The notes below the pieces were generated by a model, which ran no database searches, was not told the DNA's origin, and saw only the letters and a program-made list of their open reading frames with translations. Below, one piece after another: positions 6,571 to 12,074 of a stretch of DNA of 12,074 bases. Every line of letters starts with the position of its first letter. Positions within the stretch are counted from its first letter, which is position 1. A program made the position numbers and the translations under genes. The DNA is from a bacterium. GTDB lineage: Bacteria; SZUA-182; DTGQ01; JAFGSM01. The DNA lies in the NCBI GenBank assembly GCA_049472335.1, contig JBLIRO010000118.1, positions 1 to 12,074 of the forward strand, read 5' to 3'.

Positions 6571-8829
6571 TTACTTTTTGTTCAGGGAAACCAAACCGGC
6601 CCATTCTTTTTTGGGTGGATTTTTTATATATCCTTTACACAACTTTATATAAAACATTGATGGATTGTCTTCTTTGAGTATTTTAAAAGACTGGTAAAAA
6701 AGCCGGATCGCTTTTTCCCATGATCGATTCCTGTAAGCTTGGAGTGCCTCGGAAAAAATCTCATATCCTTTTTTCATGTCATTATCAGATTCTTCCAGGC
6801 GGGATATTAATTCAAAAATTACAACGGGTTTCGACTTTCCTAATAAAAGAAACTCTCCCAGTTCTCTTGTTAAAAAACCTTCAAGCTGATAAAGCACCTC
6901 TTTTGATACCAATATTTTGGTGCCTAAGAATTTGTTCAATCCTTCTATCCTTGTTGCCGTATTAACTATATCTCCCAGTGGACGGTATTCGTAGTGATCC
7001 ATGGCTCCCACTGTTCCCAGAAGCATGTGCCCGGTGTGCAAACCTATACGAGTAGGCAGTTTAAGGCCGTTGAAAGACGTATTAAACTGTTTTACCATTT
7101 TGGTTATATCAAGTGCCGCAAGGCATGCCTGATTCCTGAGAAGGGTGTCAGGATTTTTTGTAGTTGCCCAAACCGCCATCATAGAATCCCCTATTACATC
7201 AGAGACTATACCGCCATGATTCTTAACCGGCTTGAAAATGGTCTCATAATATTTGTTCATAAAGCTCCTAAGCTCATTTGGGGGCAAGGATTCCGACAAA
7301 TTAGTATAATGTTCGGCATCTGTATGTAAACACGTGCCAAAGACTATCTGGCTGTTTTTTTTTAAATCCACCACTTCTCTTGCAATATGATCCACAACAT
7401 TGTCAGGAAGGAAATATGAAAATGCTTTTCTTATTTTCTGGCGCTCCTTAAAGGCGTCAAAATATTTCCATGACATTGCCCCGAAAAAAGCTATGGGCAC
7501 CTGAAGAAATATAGGGATTATAAGAGGACACCATGTGCATGCGGTATTAAATTGATATTGAGCATTGATCAGGTAAAGGAGACTCAATCCTATCATACTT
7601 GCCAAGGCATGAATAAGGGGAAAAAGTGTACAAACAAAACCCAGAGCGAATCCCCAGAAAAATACTGAAGCAAAATTGACACATGGGCATAAAGGCTTAA
7701 TAGAATTATCCTCTAAAAGGTTTTCAAAAGCTGTGGCAGCAATCTCAACTCCGGTGATATCTATACCGTTTGGTTGAGAAAAGACGGTGTAGAAGCCGTC
7801 TTTTTGTTCAGGCCTCATAAGTTCTGAAACCCCTACAAATACCACTTTCCCCTTAAAATCAAATTTTTTTTGTTTTAAACCATGTTTTTCATACAAATTC
7901 AAAACCTCATGATATGAAATGGTAGGAATGGTGCCGGCAGGTCCCAGATAATTTAAATAATGACTGTCCGGTCCCTGGTACATTTTTGCTAAAGATTTGA
8001 GAAGCTTGATCTTTTTTTCATCCAGCACTGACCTTAAATTCTCCGATACTTCTGAAATCCGTTTTGCCAGGAGCGGCTCGTTTTTAAATGTTTCTCTCAG
8101 AATGTTTATAAGATTATTGATATTTTTTCCCTTCAATATCATCTCTCTGTTCTTGGGTAATTTCTTGACATGAGATGGATTAATCATTTCCAATAAAAGG
8201 ATGAACTCATCATAAACATCCAACGCATAGATCTGGAAAGCGACAACCGGGAGTGTCGGGACATCTCCGGCGCTTTTATTGAACTTCCAATATTGGCTCA
8301 GTTTGACCGGCACCTTGGGTAAAGGAAAGGGCGCCAGCGCCAGAGCCGATTCTGCAAGCGGCGACGCCGGAGGCACTAATCTCACAAGATTCAAATCACC
8401 CCTATATGTCCCGTCTTCTCTGTCTAAAGACATAATCTCCCTTTTTAAACGAGTACAGAGCACTACATTTCCTGCTTTGCTGATAGCCTGGGCAAGAATC
8501 TGGTCTTCTTCGGAGGATCTGGGTTCATTGAACATTACATCAAAGACTATTAAGGCGGCTCCCGCTTTAACCAGATTTTCCGTAAGTCGGGCATGTAAAT
8601 ATCTGGGCCATTTGTTTGGCTCCGATGGCAGATTGAGAAGATCGCAAGTGCTCTTATCCATGGTCACAATTACTGCTTCAGATGGGATTGACCTTGTTTT
8701 TCTTCGCTTGAAAAGAAAATCCAGTCCCACATTTTCTTCCAGACGGTGTCCGATAGGGATAAGGGCTGTCATCACTCCCAGGATCCCTGTGAGAAAACCC
8801 AGAAGGATTGCTTTATATACTCTAGGCAT
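6571..8829 (-). CDS. CHASE2-domain class III nucleotidyl cyclase (TM-CHASE2-3TM-cyclase-short TPR-like tail)
   Basis: CHASE2 motifs (WPRYLHARL, IVFDVMF, FKGKVVFVG, GVEIAATAFENLL), three hydrophobic helices, cyclase motifs TD504, IGD548, RIGLHTG, GDIVNTATRIEGLNK; SD AAGGTGA upstream. Confidence 0.95.
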   Translation of the reverse strand: MPRVYKAILLGFLTGILGVMTALIPIGHRLEENVGLDFLFKRRKTRSIPSEAVIVTMDKSTCDLLNLPSEPNKWPRYLHARLTENLVKAGAALIVFDVMFNEPRSSEEDQILAQAISKAGNVVLCTRLKREIMSLDREDGTYRGDLNLVRLVPPASPLAESALALAPFPLPKVPVKLSQYWKFNKSAGDVPTLPVVAFQIYALDVYDEFILLLEMINPSHVKKLPKNREMILKGKNINNLINILRETFKNEPLLAKRISEVSENLRSVLDEKKIKLLKSLAKMYQGPDSHYLNYLGPAGTIPTISYHEVLNLYEKHGLKQKKFDFKGKVVFVGVSELMRPEQKDGFYTVFSQPNGIDITGVEIAATAFENLLEDNSIKPLCPCVNFASVFFWGFALGFVCTLFPLIHALASMIGLSLLYLINAQYQFNTACTWCPLIIPIFLQVPIAFFGAMSWKYFDAFKERQKIRKAFSYFLPDNVVDHIAREVVDLKKNSQIVFGTCLHTDAEHYTNLSESLPPNELRSFMNKYYETIFKPVKNHGGIVSDVIGDSMMAVWATTKNPDTLLRNQACLAALDITKMVKQFNTSFNGLKLPTRIGLHTGHMLLGTVGAMDHYEYRPLGDIVNTATRIEGLNKFLGTKILVSKEVLYQLEGFLTRELGEFLLLGKSKPVVIFELISRLEESDNDMKKGYEIFSEALQAYRNRSWEKAIRLFYQSFKILKEDNPSMFYIKLCKGYIKNPPKKEWAGLVSLNKK

Positions 8830-8887
8830 ATTTCACCTTCTAAAACTATTTATTGACGGAGCATATCCCTTTTAAATCTTTTTTAAG

Positions 8888-8945
8888 TAAATCACCAAAT
8901 TTGATGGTTTCGTATAAAAAAGTAACTTTGTATGAAGGTGATTTA
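8888..8945. repeat. Nested inverted repeat upstream of the cyclase
   Basis: TAAATCACC (8888-8896) / GGTGATTTA (8937-8945) enclosing imperfect TTCGTATAAA (8909-8918) / TTTGTATGAA (8927-8936). Confidence 0.5.
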
Positions 8946-9121
8946 ATCGAATTTTTAATTTAAGCCTCTATTTTTATTTGTAATATTTTCTTATATTTTA
9001 AATAAATATGAACAATAAGAAGAGCAGAGGATGTAAAGATTATGAATAGGCACTTATAAAAACTCAGTGGAATACGATAAAGGAAGGAGGAACATCCGAT
9101 CTGCATATACAATTTATAACC

Positions 9122-9150
9122 ATTATAATTTGATTGATTATAAAAGTCAA
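9122..9150 (-). promoter_or_regulatory. Near-consensus sigma70 promoter facing the cyclase gene
   Basis: Minus strand reads TTGACT-N17-TATAAT. Confidence 0.65.
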
Positions 9151-9223
9151 TATATTAAGGGCAGATCCAGCAACTCGAATTATGACAACAGTGATCTTGG
9201 AACCTGTGGTCCAAGCTGTTTAT

Positions 9224-11878
9224 TCAGGCATTCCGGGGCAGATTACGGGTTTGAACTATATAAAAGGAATTTTGAGCATAAACCCCTTCAATATCCTGTG
9301 GGCACTTCATAATGCCCTCTATTTCTTCAGATATCTTAATAAGAGAATCAAACAGAAAATATTGAAATTTTTTGTCCCAGAATAATTTCTCCTTATCATA
9401 TTTCACAAAGGCATGAACAGGTTCGTTGGTTAAATAGCTGTCATACAATCCCGCCCCGGTGAAATCGGATAAGTCTTCATCGTTAGAATCGGATCTCATA
9501 ATATATGAGTCATCCAGATGAGAATCAAAATAGGCTGATTGTTTGGAAGGATAAGATATGATCCTGTGGGTTCGCTCCTTCTTGTCGGAAACTATACAAA
9601 GAGGAGTTCCAGTTGAATTACCCGTTAAGCTTTCCCCTAAACCTACGGCGATTTCGGATAACATCTCACTGTCATTATTGGATAAAGGATTCCTGGTATG
9701 TATGATAAAAGAATAATCAGCAGGAATTACATTCTGCATAAGGACTCCCATACGGATTGAATTATTATTCAAATTACGTGAAAAACGGCTAAGATAGGCC
9801 CTCTCATTCCAGGCGGAACCCCATACTTTCTTGATATTCGAGATAACGGCTTTTTCCAGCGATTCCGTCCATTGGCTTGCCATGCCTTCCCGGCTGATAA
9901 TTTGTTCCCGAATGTCTTGAATAATTTCGGGTGGTAAGGTAAGATTATTGATTAAAGTCCTTATTTCGGATAAGATGGATGAGTAATCCTGATGACGGGA
10001 AGCTAATTCTAAGGTTAGTTTTTCGAATAAATTGCAGGCTGCTCTGTTATTGCGAAGTGTCTTCTCGAATGCCTCGAAGGGAAGCATCGCCGAGAAAGGC
10101 GTTTTTATAATGTCCGATGCTATTTTCCCTATTTTCATGAGATTGCCTGATTTTGAGCAGCCATTATTATTGCGTGCCCTCTTTTTTTCATTAATGATTG
10201 TCTTGATCTTATTTAAATTATCCTCATGATAGCGAATCCTGTCATTTTCGATTTCAACCGTTAATGTTTTCCCCTCGTATAATGCAAGTTTTTCAAACTC
10301 GTCCTGTTCATAGCAGGTGCACAAGATAACCTTCGCGTTTCGGCAACGAATTGCAATATGAGACAATATATCAACATTACTTGCCGTTATTATAGCAGTA
10401 ACCCAATTGGGGATGTCTTCTATTCCATCTATTTTCTGGGAAATAATAATATGTGGTCTTTCCGATTGGCAGCCTTGAATAGAAAGTAATGATTCGATCT
10501 TTCTTACGGCGCCGTTCGCACTCCCCTCACCGTGGCTTATTATTTTCCAGGGACCAATATGGGCTGTTTTACGTAACATAGGAAACAGAGCGTCTACGAG
10601 CTTCGATAATACGAAAGTGTTTTGACTTCGAATTACTTCTTCAGTAAAATTTGTCAGATAGGATTCGGGCACACCACAGGATTCACCCAGCAAGCGGGCC
10701 TTTGGCTCGATATATTCATATAATTCATCCATATAGGAATGAATCATCGATTGAATATAGGTTAAGGCCGCAAAGGCCTGCAAACCCCATTCGCGAGACC
10801 ATTTATCCTTTTCCGGAGAATTTTTGATTCGGTCCCATAAATGGATGCAAGAGTCTGTTTTTTCATTATCGCAGGATAAGTGAATATTCTGTAAGGTCAA
10901 AAGTATTAGGGCTATTATATCATCACCCGATAGAGACCTCAGATCAAATTTTTCTATTGATGTCTTATATATGTTGTCAAGCGCAACATCTATCATAAGT
11001 GGATCACGGGGACAATGGCCCTGTAAGAGGCGCCTCAATCTCTGCCGGCAATCCACTATTTTCCCGGGAATCCACCATGTCCCGAAATGATCCCTGACAT
11101 CTTCCAGCATGGAGTACAATTCTTTGTCCAGTTGCCACTTTGACACTTCCAATAAATAATGAAAATTATCAGACCCGCCATGGATCTGTTTAAGTATCCA
11201 TAGCAGATGTTTCAGGTCAGGGATTAGTTGAGGCATATATCGGGGGGCGTGTCCGAGGGGACGGGGCATATTTTTAAGATAATCTACGGATATGCCATTC
11301 CGTTCCCATAAGTTTTTATAAAACAGATCATGAGAGTTTGTTTCCTGAAACAAAATATAGGCTTCACAAATGCCTATATCCTCGGGCGTGCAGCAGCTAT
11401 GCAATTTTTGGTGCCATTCTTCCAGAAAGGGATCGTCGATGCCCGGCCGGTGTCCTTCCCTTATGCCGTGACGTCTCATCGTATCCAGGATAAATAGCCG
11501 GAGCTCATCACCATTACCGCCGCCCCGTGGAGTGAAATTAAAGATATTTCTTATCAAGACGCGGGCCATAGATGTATCGCTAATATCATTATATGAAAGG
11601 GTATCCATATATACTTTTGTCAAAGCCATGGACAATTCGTTTTGAATATGGGAGATATCCTTTGTTTGATAGTTGTTCCGCATGTCTTGTTTTATATCTT
11701 TTATGGAAAATAATCTTATATAAACAAAGACCCAAGCCAGGATATGAGTATCAATAATTGGTGAATTAAGGATGCTATGACAAATTCCGTAATGATCTAC
11801 CAAAGACCCAGTTCTGATTAATTGTTTCATTATATGCTCATTTTTTATTGCAGATGCAGAACTGGTTTCTTCATTCAT
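9224..11878 (-). CDS. Alpha-glucan,water dikinase (GWD)-like protein, about 884 aa
   Basis: GWD signature EEWHQKLH...TPEDIGICEAY; phosphohistidine motif DILSHIAIRCRN (cf. plant DVLSHVSVRARN); nucleotide-binding domain motifs IKKVWGSAWNERAY, ADYSFIIHTRNP, GLGESL, RSDSNDEDL..FTGAGLYDS, PQDIEGV, YIVQTR. Start set at ATG 11878 (GGAGG 7 nt upstream) rather than 11998. Confidence 0.9.
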   Translation of the reverse strand: MNEETSSASAIKNEHIMKQLIRTGSLVDHYGICHSILNSPIIDTHILAWVFVYIRLFSIKDIKQDMRNNYQTKDISHIQNELSMALTKVYMDTLSYNDISDTSMARVLIRNIFNFTPRGGGNGDELRLFILDTMRRHGIREGHRPGIDDPFLEEWHQKLHSCCTPEDIGICEAYILFQETNSHDLFYKNLWERNGISVDYLKNMPRPLGHAPRYMPQLIPDLKHLLWILKQIHGGSDNFHYLLEVSKWQLDKELYSMLEDVRDHFGTWWIPGKIVDCRQRLRRLLQGHCPRDPLMIDVALDNIYKTSIEKFDLRSLSGDDIIALILLTLQNIHLSCDNEKTDSCIHLWDRIKNSPEKDKWSREWGLQAFAALTYIQSMIHSYMDELYEYIEPKARLLGESCGVPESYLTNFTEEVIRSQNTFVLSKLVDALFPMLRKTAHIGPWKIISHGEGSANGAVRKIESLLSIQGCQSERPHIIISQKIDGIEDIPNWVTAIITASNVDILSHIAIRCRNAKVILCTCYEQDEFEKLALYEGKTLTVEIENDRIRYHEDNLNKIKTIINEKKRARNNNGCSKSGNLMKIGKIASDIIKTPFSAMLPFEAFEKTLRNNRAACNLFEKLTLELASRHQDYSSILSEIRTLINNLTLPPEIIQDIREQIISREGMASQWTESLEKAVISNIKKVWGSAWNERAYLSRFSRNLNNNSIRMGVLMQNVIPADYSFIIHTRNPLSNNDSEMLSEIAVGLGESLTGNSTGTPLCIVSDKKERTHRIISYPSKQSAYFDSHLDDSYIMRSDSNDEDLSDFTGAGLYDSYLTNEPVHAFVKYDKEKLFWDKKFQYFLFDSLIKISEEIEGIMKCPQDIEGVYAQNSFYIVQTRNLPRNA

Positions 11879-11903
11879 TATGATTCCTCCCCTTAACAAA
11901 ATA

Positions 11904-11927
11904 GGGACAGGTGCCAAATTTTGTCCC
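11904..11927. repeat. Short hairpin (GGGACA-N12-TGTCCC), REP-like or terminator-like
   Basis: 6-bp GC-rich stem followed on minus strand by TATTTTGTT, just upstream of the GWD RBS. Confidence 0.4.
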
Positions 11928-12074
11928 ATCCCTACATTATATATTTTTAAAAAATCATGACCTAATCCCAGATGGGCGTATCGTGCCTTTTCGGGCATGC
12001 CAAGTCTGTTATAGTTACTGATAGCATCAATATAGAAATTGACTGACTTATAATAATCACCAATGTATGTATTA

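Noticed and set aside
6571..8829. Pycsar anti-phage system
   Set aside because: Membrane-bound CHASE2 architecture and no adjacent cNMP-binding TIR or TM effector; only non-adenine specificity might be shared.
4451..10229. Short alternative-frame and antisense ORFs inside or overlapping the three large genes (incl. 8279-8875, 9067-9312, 9134-9385)
   Set aside because: Shadow ORFs of well-supported CDSs with no independent motifs.
11879..11998. 40-aa N-terminal extension of GWD, and a TTGGCAC sigma54-like site within it
   Set aside because: Better RBS at ATG 11878; the TTGGCAC lacks the GC at the required 10-nt spacing.

Overview
AT-rich bacterial window; most intact genes are on the minus strand. 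Reading right to left: (1) an alpha-glucan,water dikinase (GWD)-like gene, a family best known from starch-storing eukaryotes; (2) a likely three-gene unit with a near-consensus sigma70 promoter and an intrinsic terminator, encoding a CHASE2/3TM class III nucleotidyl cyclase, a FecR-TPR-beta-barrel outer-membrane protein (architecture of Sinorhizobium NsrA, partner of CyaK) and a 74-aa protein with a Cys-rich tail; (3) a decayed sigma54-activator remnant (+) behind a long AT-rich spacer carrying two -24/-12 motifs; (4) a secreted Gly/Tyr tandem-repeat protein, missed by the ORF track, running off the left edge. The cyclase keeps all catalytic residues but its base-selecting pair is Asp/Arg instead of Lys/Thr(Asp), suggesting a product other than cAMP. 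All calls come from motif recognition by eye; no searches were run.
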